DNA of 64,000 nucleotides from a virus (IMGVR_UViG_3300028486_000080:16199-80198), one strand, 5' to 3'. Counted from the stretch's first letter, positions 36,568 to 45,684 are shown. The notes: generated by a model from the letters alone, not told the origin. Numbers and translations are program-made.

Positions 36568-36960
36568 TTAATGCCAACGATCCTCGTTGTAAAGAGAAAA
36601 CGATACGCCCACGGAGTAGTAGCCGTTCGAGGTGCCGAGCCAGCGCAGCGTCACGATGCCCTTGCGCGTGCGGAGTTTGTAGAAGGTCCACATACACGCC
36701 TCATCGTAATAATAGTCTCCTAGCTCAGCGTTCTTGGTACACTCCTCGGTCACCTCTTCAGCTTCGAGAATCTTCGAGCCGATGATGTCGTTGATGTCCC
36801 CGACGATCTCAGCGAGGTACACGTTCTCGCAGCAGTCCTGATGGTGCATGATCAGGTACTCGTTGCCTTCCTTGGTTTTGATCTCGACACGCGAATCGTG
36901 GTCAGTGATATCGATAGCGATAATGGTCTGACCCTTCAGGTCTTCAAATCGAGTAGTCAC
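36568..36960 (-). CDS. conserved phage hypothetical protein
   Basis: HHQDCCENVYLAEIVGD...WTFYKL.T.KG.V.LRWLGTSNGYYS pattern, common in phages. Confidence 0.75.
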   Translation of the reverse strand: MTTRFEDLKGQTIIAIDITDHDSRVEIKTKEGNEYLIMHHQDCCENVYLAEIVGDINDIIGSKILEAEEVTEECTKNAELGDYYYDEACMWTFYKLRTRKGIVTLRWLGTSNGYYSVGVSFSLYNEDRWH

Positions 36961-37396
36961 TACGCTCTCCTTCGAGAATAGACTTATGCCACCGCATGAG
37001 TGCCTGTGCGTCGCTCAATGCGTTATGAGGTATGTCGGGTTCGGTGTCGTGTCCCCATGTGTCAAGCGTGACCAAGTTAAATTCGAGGCGTGGACGATGA
37101 CCGTCAGGTCCGCACATCCACGCCATCAGGTGAGCCAAGTCTTCTGGCCAGTCGGCAAAGATCGTCTCACCTTCGTGTCGGCGCATATAGTTCCACAACA
37201 AGTGCTGGAACTCAGTGTCGGGGATGCCTTCCTTTCCGAGCACCGGAAGCACATTCTGAAACACCCAAAGGTTCATCCCGCGCGCACCGAACCGGCGCAC
37301 CTCGTAGAACTCATCATCACTTACGCTAGAGACGATTCCCATGGAGATAAGCGATCCCCGAAATCCGTTAAACTCGGTGTCCACGTACAGCGCCAT
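36944..37396 (-). CDS. DEDDh 3'-5' exoribonuclease-like (Rv2179c-like)
   Basis: LYVDTEF..LISMGIV..EFYEV..WVFQNVLPVL..HNALSDA. Confidence 0.75.
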   Translation of the reverse strand: MALYVDTEFNGFRGSLISMGIVSSVSDDEFYEVRRFGARGMNLWVFQNVLPVLGKEGIPDTEFQHLLWNYMRRHEGETIFADWPEDLAHLMAWMCGPDGHRPRLEFNLVTLDTWGHDTEPDIPHNALSDAQALMRWHKSILEGERSDYSI

Positions 37397-37397
37397 G

Positions 37398-37895
37398 TCA
37401 GCTTCCAATCTTCGAAGTCGAAATCCAGCCTTCAGTTTCTCCCCACCAGTCTGCCTTCTTGGTGCGCTTGGAGAGGTTCTGTGGGAACATACCGATTAGA
37501 GTGCCATAGTCGCACGCCACAACACGGTCCTCGAACAGCCCAAAGTTCTTAGTCTTCATGTCCGACATCCACACAGGGACGCGCTTTGGCATGCGTTCTA
37601 GCGGTACGGGCTGCTGCACCTTCTTCTGTATCAAGTAGATGCCGCAGTCAGAGATACGCACGCATGGGGCTAACCACTTCTTCATGTCGGGATCGACATC
37701 AGCGGCGTTCCAGATGTTCCACTCAGCGACGTTCTGGAACATGCCGCTGTCGTCGCGCTCTTCGACCTTGATCACTAGGTTGGGATCGAGCTTGCATTCA
37801 TAGACAGTGCGCGCGATACCAGCCCCAAGGCGCTTACCCAACAGTAGGGAGCTTAGGTCTCGGATATCGCCAGGGTAGTCAGGGACGCGGTTCAT
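37398..37895 (-). CDS. minimal protein kinase-like protein
   Basis: Gly loop LGAGIARTVY, VIK lysine, DMKTKN catalytic loop, DYG; start may be 37895 or 37916. Confidence 0.7.
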   Translation of the reverse strand: MNRVPDYPGDIRDLSSLLLGKRLGAGIARTVYECKLDPNLVIKVEERDDSGMFQNVAEWNIWNAADVDPDMKKWLAPCVRISDCGIYLIQKKVQQPVPLERMPKRVPVWMSDMKTKNFGLFEDRVVACDYGTLIGMFPQNLSKRTKKADWWGETEGWISTSKIGS

Positions 37896-37921
37896 CGGCA
37901 GGCTCTCATCTTCCAATCGAA

Positions 37922-37953
37922 TTAACCTTAACCAACAGTAGATCGACTGTCAA
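37922..37953 (-). promoter_or_regulatory. sigma70 promoter TTGACA-N17-TAAGGT(TAA) at the main strand switch
   Basis: Read directly. Confidence 0.7.
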
Positions 37954-38010
37954 CACTTTTTGTGCTAACGAGGGATGAACAGTCGGCACACCTCCGAAAA
38001 GGGATTTTTG

Positions 38011-38283
38011 ATGTCAGAAAAGTTAGGTGATGCGCCCATCGAGCCGCAGTACAAGTCCAAGATGGAGGCGGTGGCGCGCGCCATCGACGAACTCTTCAAC
38101 GGCGTCAACTGCAAGCCCAAGGATCGTCAGACAGGCTTCATCCTGCTAACGTTCCCGTTTGGTGAGGGTGAAGGGCGCTGCAACTACATCAGCAACGGTG
38201 CAAACCGTGATGATGTCGTGACGATGTTCAAGGAACAGATCAAGCGCTTCGAAGGTCAACCAGAAGTCACAGGGAACGCATAG
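38011..38283 (+). CDS. conserved phage hypothetical protein
   Basis: GFILLTFPFG..GRCNYISNGANRDDVV pattern. Confidence 0.7.
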   Translation: MSEKLGDAPIEPQYKSKMEAVARAIDELFNGVNCKPKDRQTGFILLTFPFGEGEGRCNYISNGANRDDVVTMFKEQIKRFEGQPEVTGNA

Positions 38284-38285
38284 TC

Positions 38286-38555
38286 ATGGCGTATGAAGAA
38301 CGCGAACTCGAAGACGACTACCCGATCTTCCCCAACTACCTCTACGTGGCTGACGGCGTGCCGATCAACGCTCCAGTGTCTTCGCGCACGACTGCGGCGC
38401 ATCTGAAGCGGCTCATCGGCTGCAAGGTCTTGACCAAGTGCAACATCGTTGAACGTGGTCTGATCAATCGCATGGCGAATTACGTTGGTCCTGAAGACGG
38501 CGGCATCCAAGTCCTGTCAGGAGAGGATGCGGTGAATTACTTTGACGCCAAATGA
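38286..38555 (+). CDS. hypothetical protein
   Basis: ORF in operon. Confidence 0.6.
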   Translation: MAYEERELEDDYPIFPNYLYVADGVPINAPVSSRTTAAHLKRLIGCKVLTKCNIVERGLINRMANYVGPEDGGIQVLSGEDAVNYFDAK

Positions 38556-38719
38556 AGAAGGTAGATATTGAGGGGCTATGGGTGTTTTGCCTCATCGGCA
38601 TTGTTATGATGTTCGATAGCTGTTCCTTCCACGCGGAAGTGATCAAAAAGCTAGAGGGGCATAACCAAGCCATCCATGGTATCTGGAAAGAACTGGAGAA
38701 GCAGAATGTCGGAAAATGA
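38552..38719 (+). CDS. small membrane protein (55 aa)
   Basis: Manual translation, ATGA coupling. Confidence 0.45.
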   Translation: MKKVDIEGLWVFCLIGIVMMFDSCSFHAEVIKKLEGHNQAIHGIWKELEKQNVGK

Positions 38720-39059
38720 CCTACGGGTTCCTCCCGGCTATCGCGTGACGACTGACGCGGATGGTTTTGCTGAGGATGGTATAGTCCCTGACGAGACGGC
38801 AACGAAAGACACTGACACCTACGCCAAGGAATATGCCGCTACAGTGTGGTGGCACATTCGCACGTACCTCAAGTCAGCACACTTCAATGAGACGGCGACC
38901 GACATCACGCTAGGCGCGGCGGTGCTCGTGGTGGCATCATTGCTGGCATCAGTCGTCTATTTCACCTTTACACATCTTCCCCTTGCCTTGTCGGTACCTG
39001 CTACCTTCGGGTTCGCGTGGATCGTCGGCAAGCTCACCAAGACGAAAGAGCCGCTATGA
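38706..39059 (+). CDS. membrane protein
   Basis: GGAG RBS before MSEND; C-terminal TM helices. Confidence 0.55.
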   Translation: MSENDLRVPPGYRVTTDADGFAEDGIVPDETATKDTDTYAKEYAATVWWHIRTYLKSAHFNETATDITLGAAVLVVASLLASVVYFTFTHLPLALSVPATFGFAWIVGKLTKTKEPL

Positions 39060-39277
39060 ACCGCCGTGATCTCATACTCAGCGCTCTCGCTGTCGCGGCT
39101 GTGCCCGTGGGTGGTCCCCTCTTGGGCTCCCTCCTGGCGAGCGAGGCTGAAGCCATGAAAAATCCATGCAAAGAACTTCCAGAGACAGAATTTCTCCCGC
39201 GTCCTCTTCCCGAGGGGTGGAGCTATGTGGACGTTTATCGCGTACAGCTTGTGCCGTCTGTCGAAGGTGCTGGTTGA
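39056..39277 (+). CDS. small protein with twin-arginine-like signal
   Basis: MNRRDLILSALAVAAVP...AEA. Confidence 0.55.
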   Translation: MNRRDLILSALAVAAVPVGGPLLGSLLASEAEAMKNPCKELPETEFLPRPLPEGWSYVDVYRVQLVPSVEGAG

Positions 39278-39343
39278 TCACGACCGGCAAGCGAGCGGGT
39301 GAATGTATCTATGGTGGACCCTACAGCGGTTATGAGCTTGTGA

Positions 39344-39826
39344 ATGTCGAAACCATATCTGCACTTCAGCGACCGCCCGCTGACGACGATCCATAGTCGC
39401 CCACAGTTTAATACCCCGGATGACAAGCCGAACGGCTTATGGTTCTCGGTGGGCAACGCTTGGCCAGAGTTTGCACATCGCTACTTGACACAGCACTCGC
39501 TCCAACACGCTACGCGTCTTTGGTTCAAACCAAAGTCGTTGCTTCGCATCCACACCGAAGCAGATATGAAGAAATTCACACGCAAGTATAGTGTCAAGCG
39601 CGAAGATGCTTCTATTGCAGCGATCTTGCGATTGATTCAGTGGGATCGGGTGGCTGAGGATTATAAAGGCATCCTGATTGCCAACTACATCTATCAGTGC
39701 CGCATGAGCCATCCATGGTATTACTCATGGGACGTTGCGTCAGGGTGCGTGTGGGACGCATCGGCGGTCAGCAAGTTCGCACCTTACGAGGGTGAAGAAT
39801 GTGTGGGGTATAGGTGGGTTGCATAA
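39344..39826 (+). CDS. conserved phage hypothetical protein
   Basis: DKPNGLWFS...WYYSWDVASGCVWD pattern. Confidence 0.7.
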   Translation: MSKPYLHFSDRPLTTIHSRPQFNTPDDKPNGLWFSVGNAWPEFAHRYLTQHSLQHATRLWFKPKSLLRIHTEADMKKFTRKYSVKREDASIAAILRLIQWDRVAEDYKGILIANYIYQCRMSHPWYYSWDVASGCVWDASAVSKFAPYEGEECVGYRWVA

Positions 39827-40022
39827 GTTCCTCTTTGTCCTGTTTACGGCGCCCATAATTGCTCTAGGTGTGATACTTATCATCCACCTATTGATGTGCG
39901 CTATTGAGCGATATGACTTCCGCGCAACCTACGGCACGCCCTACCCCAAAACACTAACCGCGCAGCGTAGGAAGATTCGCTTAATGGCGTTCTTACAGAA
40001 AGTGAAAGGACTGTTCCAATGA
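39819..40022 (+). CDS. small membrane protein (start uncertain)
   Basis: TM helix; fills a gap in the operon. Confidence 0.4.
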   Translation: MHKFLFVLFTAPIIALGVILIIHLLMCAIERYDFRATYGTPYPKTLTAQRRKIRLMAFLQKVKGLFQ

Positions 40023-40153
40023 CCTTTATTAACGAAGAAGAGAAGCAAGTGTGGATCGAAGTCGTCTTGGCGTGTTTGATGAGCGGCGATGTAATTCCAA
40101 CCGCAATTGATCGTGCGGATAGCATCACGCAAGCGTATAGAGCGAGATCATGA
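40019..40153 (+). CDS. small hypothetical protein (44 aa)
   Basis: ATGA-coupled at both ends. Confidence 0.45.
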   Translation: MTFINEEEKQVWIEVVLACLMSGDVIPTAIDRADSITQAYRARS

Positions 40154-40428
40154 GCGACCAGGGCTTCGGCTACGCAGTACAGGACCGGGAAGGCAACATC
40201 AACATGCGCACCGTATCGCCAACGATACGCGGCGCGATAGTCAACTGGCTCTACGCGGTCCCAAAATACAACGTCACGACCTATTGGACAGACGATATGA
40301 TCTTCGACCGGTTCAAGATGCACAATTCTCTTGGCGAATGTCACATCATTGCAGTCGAAGTCATCAAGACGGGAGTAGGGGACATCGATGAGCTTCGCTC
40401 CCATCACGATTGGACCGATGATGCCTAA
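40150..40428 (+). CDS. hypothetical protein
   Basis: Coupled ORF. Confidence 0.6.
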   Translation: MSDQGFGYAVQDREGNINMRTVSPTIRGAIVNWLYAVPKYNVTTYWTDDMIFDRFKMHNSLGECHIIAVEVIKTGVGDIDELRSHHDWTDDA

Positions 40429-40594
40429 GCGCCCCCCGCCGAGCCATAACTTCCGCGACCACCCTGATCGTGAGCTTGAGCGCCACAACGAAATTAAGGA
40501 TACGCTCTGGCATCTGGCGCTGGGTGCAGGGATCATAGTGCTGAGTGCTGTTCTATTCCTTATCTGTGTAGGAGCCTTCGGCTGTGGACGCTAA
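40418..40594 (+). CDS. small membrane protein
   Basis: C-terminal TM helix. Confidence 0.45.
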   Translation: MMPKRPPPSHNFRDHPDRELERHNEIKDTLWHLALGAGIIVLSAVLFLICVGAFGCGR

Positions 40595-40823
40595 TATACT
40601 ATGGTTGATGGTAGCTGGCGCGATACTTGCCTTCCCCCTCGGATGTTGGGTGGGTCACAAGTTTGCCATGTATTACATGGTTCGTATCAATGAGCAGTGG
40701 CGCTTCACCGTTGCGCGTGTGTCTGAGCAGCTTTCTGGATGCCAGCAAGATCGTGAAGATTTGGCTAAGCGGTTGAAGGAGGCTGAAGAGGCGCTTGATA
40801 TGTTAAGGATGGAGAGCCGATGA
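40584..40823 (+). CDS. membrane-anchored coiled-coil protein
   Basis: N-terminal TM; GGAG RBS, GTG start. Confidence 0.55.
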   Translation: MDANILWLMVAGAILAFPLGCWVGHKFAMYYMVRINEQWRFTVARVSEQLSGCQQDREDLAKRLKEAEEALDMLRMESR

Positions 40824-41047
40824 GCGCCGACATTCCAGCCCGCATCCGGGAGCTTGAAAAGCAACTTGCGGAAGAGAAGGCTAAGGTGCCGAAATGGGAC
40901 CATCCTTCTCACAAGACGCGCTACTCTGACTCATCGTTCTATGATGAAGTCTGTACCGTATGTGGCGCCACTGATGGACGCGGCGACTATGGTCTGAAGT
41001 ATCCCTGCCCTGGCGTGGCTAACGCCGAAACAAGAGGAGAAGAGTGA
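40820..41047 (+). CDS. hypothetical protein with SH..R.SD...DE.C..CG motif
   Basis: Coupled ORF, GGAG RBS. Confidence 0.6.
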   Translation: MSADIPARIRELEKQLAEEKAKVPKWDHPSHKTRYSDSSFYDEVCTVCGATDGRGDYGLKYPCPGVANAETRGEE

Positions 41048-41562
41048 TGGACACTAGGTATATCTTCGACGGCTTCGACACCAACAAGCGGCGCGTTTTG
41101 GTGGAGGAGCGCGACGGCAATATCGTCCTCAGCGTGAACAATAAGGAAGTGTTCACTGCCCGTGGCGCCAACAACCTGCAAGATGGTATCGAAGGCGCCA
41201 GCAACATCCCCCTCACCAAGACTTTCGTCGAAGCCGCTCTTGCCAACGCGCATCGTCGCCGTGCGCGGTTCATTCAGAACCTTGCCACCTACGGCAAGGT
41301 ACCGGCGGGCGCGATCCACTCGAACGAGAAAGACATCGCCTCGCTGAAACACCTTCTCGCCAACCCGTCGATCTGGAACGGTGTGACTGAGCAGATCGAG
41401 AAGACGGCAGGCGTCGAAGGGCGCGGTTTCACGTCGCCAGGATCAGCACACGCTTTCACGCCGCAGCCGCGCGAAGTTGGTCCCTCTCCCGAAGAGCTTT
41501 CTGCGTATACCGCAGCGGGTGTGCAGTATCCTACTGAGGACTCCAATGAAGACGGGCGATGA
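41047..41562 (+). CDS. hypothetical protein
   Basis: GAGGAG RBS. Confidence 0.65.
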   Translation: MDTRYIFDGFDTNKRRVLVEERDGNIVLSVNNKEVFTARGANNLQDGIEGASNIPLTKTFVEAALANAHRRRARFIQNLATYGKVPAGAIHSNEKDIASLKHLLANPSIWNGVTEQIEKTAGVEGRGFTSPGSAHAFTPQPREVGPSPEELSAYTAAGVQYPTEDSNEDGR

Positions 41563-41947
41563 TTCGAAAACGTCGGCAGAACTGATGGAGGTAGGCGTCG
41601 AGGGTGCGAAGCGCATCTTAAAGACGTTCCTCGCCGCTCCTCCATCGCAGATGGACGATCAGGTCAAGGATCGGCTGCGCGCCATGTCTGAGCTACCAGT
41701 CGCCCTCTGGCCTGAGCGTCTTGATGCGATCACGCGGTGGTCCTCTCACTGCGGGCTCGTATCAGACTTCACGGTGATCACGTTCGAGGCGTTCTCGAAG
41801 ATGCTCTCATCGATATTCGATGAGGGAAAAACGCCCGAAGAGAAGGTGGCAGGCGCCGCTACGGCTTGCGCGGATTATATGCAGTCCACGGATCAAGCGG
41901 AGTTGGTGTTGAACCAGATGCTTAAGGAGCGTGGTGCCAAGCCGTGA
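41546..41947 (+). CDS. hypothetical protein
   Basis: GAGG RBS before MKTGDD. Confidence 0.6.
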   Translation: MKTGDDSKTSAELMEVGVEGAKRILKTFLAAPPSQMDDQVKDRLRAMSELPVALWPERLDAITRWSSHCGLVSDFTVITFEAFSKMLSSIFDEGKTPEEKVAGAATACADYMQSTDQAELVLNQMLKERGAKP

Positions 41948-42090
41948 TCTTCGTTTGTCCAAAAGACTCCACCATCATTGTGGATGACGAATACGACCCA
42001 GGGGACGCCATCAAGTGCCCCTGCTGCAAAACAAGATGGGAACCTTTCTTCGGGGCAGCATATGAAACAGAGGCGGACACGCGACCGTAA
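41944..42090 (+). CDS. small Zn-ribbon-like protein (48 aa)
   Basis: Manual translation MIFVCPKD...IKCPCCKTRW. Confidence 0.4.
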   Translation: MIFVCPKDSTIIVDDEYDPGDAIKCPCCKTRWEPFFGAAYETEADTRP

Positions 42091-42385
42091 GGCTTACGTT
42101 CTGGTTCACCGAAAACCTTCACCTATTGCCGACCGGATTGAATGTCTGTGGATCGCGGGGCTCACTATTGAAGAGATATCCCAGGTCGCAGGGTGCAGCC
42201 GGAATTACGTGGTCTACGTCTCGCGTAGCCGAGGGCTTCCTACTCGTGTGTTGAGCGGGCGCCAAGGGCGCAAGGCTAACATGTGGCCCTACATTGTGCG
42301 CTGGGCAATGGCTGGATACGACGAGCGGCAGATCAAAGACGGGCTCGGCTACCATCGCGGTCGGGCGGAGTTTATGGGAACCTAA
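42062..42385 (+). CDS. HTH DNA-binding protein
   Basis: LWIAGLTIEEISQVAGCSRNYV plus a partial second HTH. Confidence 0.6.
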   Translation: MKQRRTRDRKAYVLVHRKPSPIADRIECLWIAGLTIEEISQVAGCSRNYVVYVSRSRGLPTRVLSGRQGRKANMWPYIVRWAMAGYDERQIKDGLGYHRGRAEFMGT

Positions 42386-42387
42386 AG

Positions 42388-42612
42388 ATGTTCGTGACGC
42401 AGTATCACAACGGCTCCGAGCGGCACATGACTCCCGAGCTTGTGCTGTACAACGCGGCGACCAAAACCGTGGTGGTGATCTTCCAGGAGCACGGCGATAC
42501 CTTCGAGCCGTCGCTGACTTTTAACGATGGTATCATTAAGGTGTTTGACCACGGCGTGCTCGTGCGTAAATACGATCTGAGACAGTCGTGGTGGAAACGT
42601 GTCTTTGGGTAG
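42388..42612 (+). CDS. hypothetical protein
   Basis: GGAG upstream, in operon. Confidence 0.5.
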   Translation: MFVTQYHNGSERHMTPELVLYNAATKTVVVIFQEHGDTFEPSLTFNDGIIKVFDHGVLVRKYDLRQSWWKRVFG

Positions 42613-42625
42613 GTTGGTGCGCAAC

Positions 42626-42880
42626 ATGCGTCGCATGTCTGAAATGGCTGAAGAGTTGAAACCCGAACTGCGCAAGTTCATGCGCGATCTCGGCTACGCG
42701 CGGTCCACCGCGATCAAGTTCTGCGATGGCTACATGGAGCACCTTGCGACGCTGCCCTCGCTGGAGAAGTTAGACGCGCTTGCGAACATGCATGACGGCT
42801 GCATGGCTGCCGGGTTGAAGAAGGCGGGCGTGCGTGAAGACGTGGCACTGAAGCGCTACTACAAATTGGAGAGACAATGA
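42626..42880 (+). CDS. hypothetical protein
   Basis: ORF in operon. Confidence 0.5.
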   Translation: MRRMSEMAEELKPELRKFMRDLGYARSTAIKFCDGYMEHLATLPSLEKLDALANMHDGCMAAGLKKAGVREDVALKRYYKLERQ

Positions 42881-43113
42881 GCCAAGCAACAGCGAACATC
42901 CTGACGCACAGCACGCTCGCCTACCTCAAGGAGCGCGTGAACGATATCCAACAAGGGTACGAGGAGACGGGCGAGCTTTCGCACGAAGACAAGTCCGCGA
43001 TGCGCAAGCTGCACCACAAAATCCACGCCGAGCTTACGCGGATGCAGAACGAGCTTCGCGATGGACCGGCGCCTGAACCTGAGCATGTAAAGGATCACAC
43101 ACATGCACGTTAA
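42877..43113 (+). CDS. hypothetical protein
   Basis: GGAG RBS, ATGA coupling. Confidence 0.6.
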   Translation: MSQATANILTHSTLAYLKERVNDIQQGYEETGELSHEDKSAMRKLHHKIHAELTRMQNELRDGPAPEPEHVKDHTHAR

Positions 43114-43336
43114 GGCTTTGCTGGCACCAATGATGCTCGCGGCGGCACTGATCGGTTCCGCCTGTAGCTCAAACCCTGAGACAGACGTGATAACTCACGC
43201 CACATGGTTGGCGGCGCGCTGCAATGACAAGGAAGGCAAACCGGGTATCCGCTACGAAGGTGCCAACATTATCGTGACGTGCATCTTTACACGTCCGCCG
43301 ATGCCGCCTCCGCCGATGCCTGTTGAGGTGCGCTGA
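43103..43336 (+). CDS. putative lipoprotein
   Basis: Signal peptide ending LIGSAC; Pro-rich tail. Confidence 0.55.
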   Translation: MHVKALLAPMMLAAALIGSACSSNPETDVITHATWLAARCNDKEGKPGIRYEGANIIVTCIFTRPPMPPPPMPVEVR

Positions 43337-43773
43337 TGCCCATCCCCGTAGATGCGCTCAAGATCGGTCAGTCACTCTGGTATGGAAACCGGTGTGAAGA
43401 AACTGAGTGGCCCGATGAACCTGAGATACGCGAACTCGATGGCAAGCGCTGGATGGAAATGGGTGCCGAGACTATCGCGCGCACGCTGGTCGAGTTCGAA
43501 GTGACCCATATCGCTGTGACCCAGGTGCAAGGTGATTGGACCGAGCGCTGCGACAAGCCTTCCAGCTTCGCGATCCTTCAGGTGAAGAAGGTTCATCTGA
43601 ACACGTCGCAGGCTTCGGAATACTCGGAGGGAATGGTGGTCTACTACTATCCCGATCTCGACGGTTCCGATACTGCCGACAGTTACTTCCTCACCGAGCG
43701 CACCGCGCGCGCGGCGGCAAACAGACCATTGGACAAACCCGATGATCAGCCCAGCGACTTGGAAGGCGTGTAG
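43336..43773 (+). CDS. hypothetical protein
   Basis: GAGGTG RBS, TGATG coupling. Confidence 0.6.
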   Translation: MPIPVDALKIGQSLWYGNRCEETEWPDEPEIRELDGKRWMEMGAETIARTLVEFEVTHIAVTQVQGDWTERCDKPSSFAILQVKKVHLNTSQASEYSEGMVVYYYPDLDGSDTADSYFLTERTARAAANRPLDKPDDQPSDLEGV

Positions 43774-43776
43774 GTG

Positions 43777-43853
43777 GTTAACCTTTAGATAGTTTGTTTC
43801 CCCTTAGATAGTTTGTTTCCCCTTAGATAGCTCCCTTAGATAGTTTGTTTCCC
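43777..43853. repeat. tandem repeat of a ~19-bp unit CTTAGATAGTTTGTTTCCC (three full copies plus one partial)
   Basis: Read directly; the 26-bp head recurs at 45759-45784 with one mismatch. Confidence 0.85.
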
Positions 43854-43904
43854 ATCGAGAGGCGTGCGACGTAAGACAGGCGACGGGAGACATGGGACGG
43901 AGAC

Positions 43905-44276
43905 GTGATGACTGAAGAATCGAAAACCCCCAGCGGACCATTTGGCGTTGGGTTCTCGCTCGGCTACTGCAATGGCGTGCTCGATACGTGTCTGGCACTG
44001 TGGGAGGCGGGAGACAACACACGCGTTGGCTTAGTAAGTGTAATGACCCGGTGGATGGAGCGGGGGCATGCGCAGGTTCAACGAGCGGCTTTCGAAGCGT
44101 GTTTGGCGACTCTCGACTCTCGCCTTACGGAGTTGGACGATGCGCGGGAGTATGCCGACGTTGCGTGGACGGCGGAGGCTGGGAAGATCAATCGGTTGCT
44201 GCGGCAGCAGTTGACCAAGACGAAAGCCGACGCGTTGACGCGACTGTTGGTGGACAATGGAGCAACAATTCGATGA
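43905..44276 (+). CDS. hypothetical protein
   Basis: GGAG RBS. Confidence 0.55.
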   Translation: MMTEESKTPSGPFGVGFSLGYCNGVLDTCLALWEAGDNTRVGLVSVMTRWMERGHAQVQRAAFEACLATLDSRLTELDDAREYADVAWTAEAGKINRLLRQQLTKTKADALTRLLVDNGATIR

Positions 44277-44545
44277 AAACATCTATCCACAAGGAACCAC
44301 ATCCGCTCGCTGGTCAGACGGTGAAGGTCAAGTCTGGAAAGTTCGCCGGGCGAGATTATCACCTCGAAGATTGGTGGGACCGCCTGGGGCAAGGTAGCTG
44401 GAAATTTTGCGACGGCAACCCGGCATGTCTCGACTACGCCTTACGCACGGGATTTTCACCCGATCCTGTACCGCTGGACGATGAGGTGGTCTACGGCAAG
44501 ATCGGCGGGTTCGGTAAGCTGATCCATGTTTCGGAGCTAGCATGA
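44273..44545 (+). CDS. conserved phage hypothetical protein
   Basis: HPLAGQTV...EDWWDR..G.SW...GNPACL.YA.R...DDEVVYGKIG pattern. Confidence 0.7.
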   Translation: MKTSIHKEPHPLAGQTVKVKSGKFAGRDYHLEDWWDRLGQGSWKFCDGNPACLDYALRTGFSPDPVPLDDEVVYGKIGGFGKLIHVSELA

Positions 44546-44546
44546 C

Positions 44547-44741
44547 GTGAAGCTGGACAAGTTCCACTACCATGAAGCGATGGATCGAGCACACGTCATC
44601 CAGACGATGATCGATCAGTTGCTCTTGGAGCATCCAGTTGCCTTACGTCACTCGACTTTCGCCTCCTTGGTGCAAGACTTAGATGACGCCGCTTACAAGG
44701 TATACCACGCGGCGGCTATGCTGGGTGAGAAGAAAAAATGA
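44547..44741 (+). CDS. hypothetical protein
   Basis: HYHEAMDRAHVI pattern. Confidence 0.6.
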   Translation: MKLDKFHYHEAMDRAHVIQTMIDQLLLEHPVALRHSTFASLVQDLDDAAYKVYHAAAMLGEKKK

Positions 44742-45034
44742 TGGATGACGACGATCACTGTTCCGCGTTCTCTCCGATGCGCGATCTGGAGACGATGCCG
44801 TATTCACCTGCTGAGCAGCGTGTTGCTGGTTACCTAACCTCGATCTGTCCTGACATCGGCGCTGGGGACGATCCGATTGGGTTTCTCATGGCGAGCCATG
44901 CACAGCAGCGTGCAGACATGGCTGAGGTAGCTCAGAAGCTCATCTTCGTTGAGCAACGGCTGAAGGATGCCATCGCTCAGTATGACGGTCTGCGGGCTGC
45001 CATTACGATGGAGCGAGATCAGCGTGATAGCTGA
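44738..45034 (+). CDS. hypothetical protein
   Basis: GDDPIGFL..SH pattern, coupled. Confidence 0.6.
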   Translation: MMDDDDHCSAFSPMRDLETMPYSPAEQRVAGYLTSICPDIGAGDDPIGFLMASHAQQRADMAEVAQKLIFVEQRLKDAIAQYDGLRAAITMERDQRDS

Positions 45035-45353
45035 TAGGGATAGGTGGGACGCAGACCTGTGCCGGGGCTCGATTGGCTCCTACCTGGGGATGAAGGTCTA
45101 CATCCGCCCCGCGGTGTTCGTTCATCGCCTGTCTTGGACTCAACGGTTATTCTCGTGGCCCTGGCGACCGTGGTGTGCCGAAGTGCGCACGCCCAACCCG
45201 ATCTTCGCAAACGGCGAGGTGTACCGCGTGGAGAACGCTTTCTTCATGACCCAAGAGTCCTGGGACAACCTTCAGCGGCAACTCGATATGCTCGACGCCA
45301 GTCAGGAGGACGAACGTATGATGCCTCCCATCCCTGATCAATGGGTGCCGTGA
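45024..45353 (+). CDS. hypothetical protein (start uncertain)
   Basis: ORF in operon. Confidence 0.5.
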   Translation: MIADRDRWDADLCRGSIGSYLGMKVYIRPAVFVHRLSWTQRLFSWPWRPWCAEVRTPNPIFANGEVYRVENAFFMTQESWDNLQRQLDMLDASQEDERMMPPIPDQWVP

Positions 45354-45652
45354 TGGAGTTTCCCTGGGCTCAGGTAGGGCGCAAGGTTGTTTGCCTGCAT
45401 GCGCTGTGGAACCGCGGCATCGGGGAGATTACCCCGGTGGAGGGTGGGGTGTACACGATCCGCGCCGTCGAGTTGTCGCCCCAAGGTAAGGTGGGACTAC
45501 GGTTCGTTGAGATCGTCAACGCGCCGCGACACTACTTGGACGATTACGGCGAGACGATCTTTTATGCCGGGCTGTTTCGCCCGCTCACCGATATCACCGT
45601 GTTCAAAGACATGCTGAAACGAGCGCCTAAGAAGGTGACCGAGGACGCGTGA
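45353..45652 (+). CDS. hypothetical phage protein
   Basis: VGRKVVC..GVYTIRAV..GLRFVEIVN..FRPL pattern. Confidence 0.65.
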   Translation: MEFPWAQVGRKVVCLHALWNRGIGEITPVEGGVYTIRAVELSPQGKVGLRFVEIVNAPRHYLDDYGETIFYAGLFRPLTDITVFKDMLKRAPKKVTEDA

Positions 45653-45684
45653 TACGTTGTTAACTTTTAACCAGTTTACGCCCT

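Noticed and set aside
43777-43853. Possible CRISPR array
   Set aside because: Head-to-tail tandem repeat with no unique spacers.
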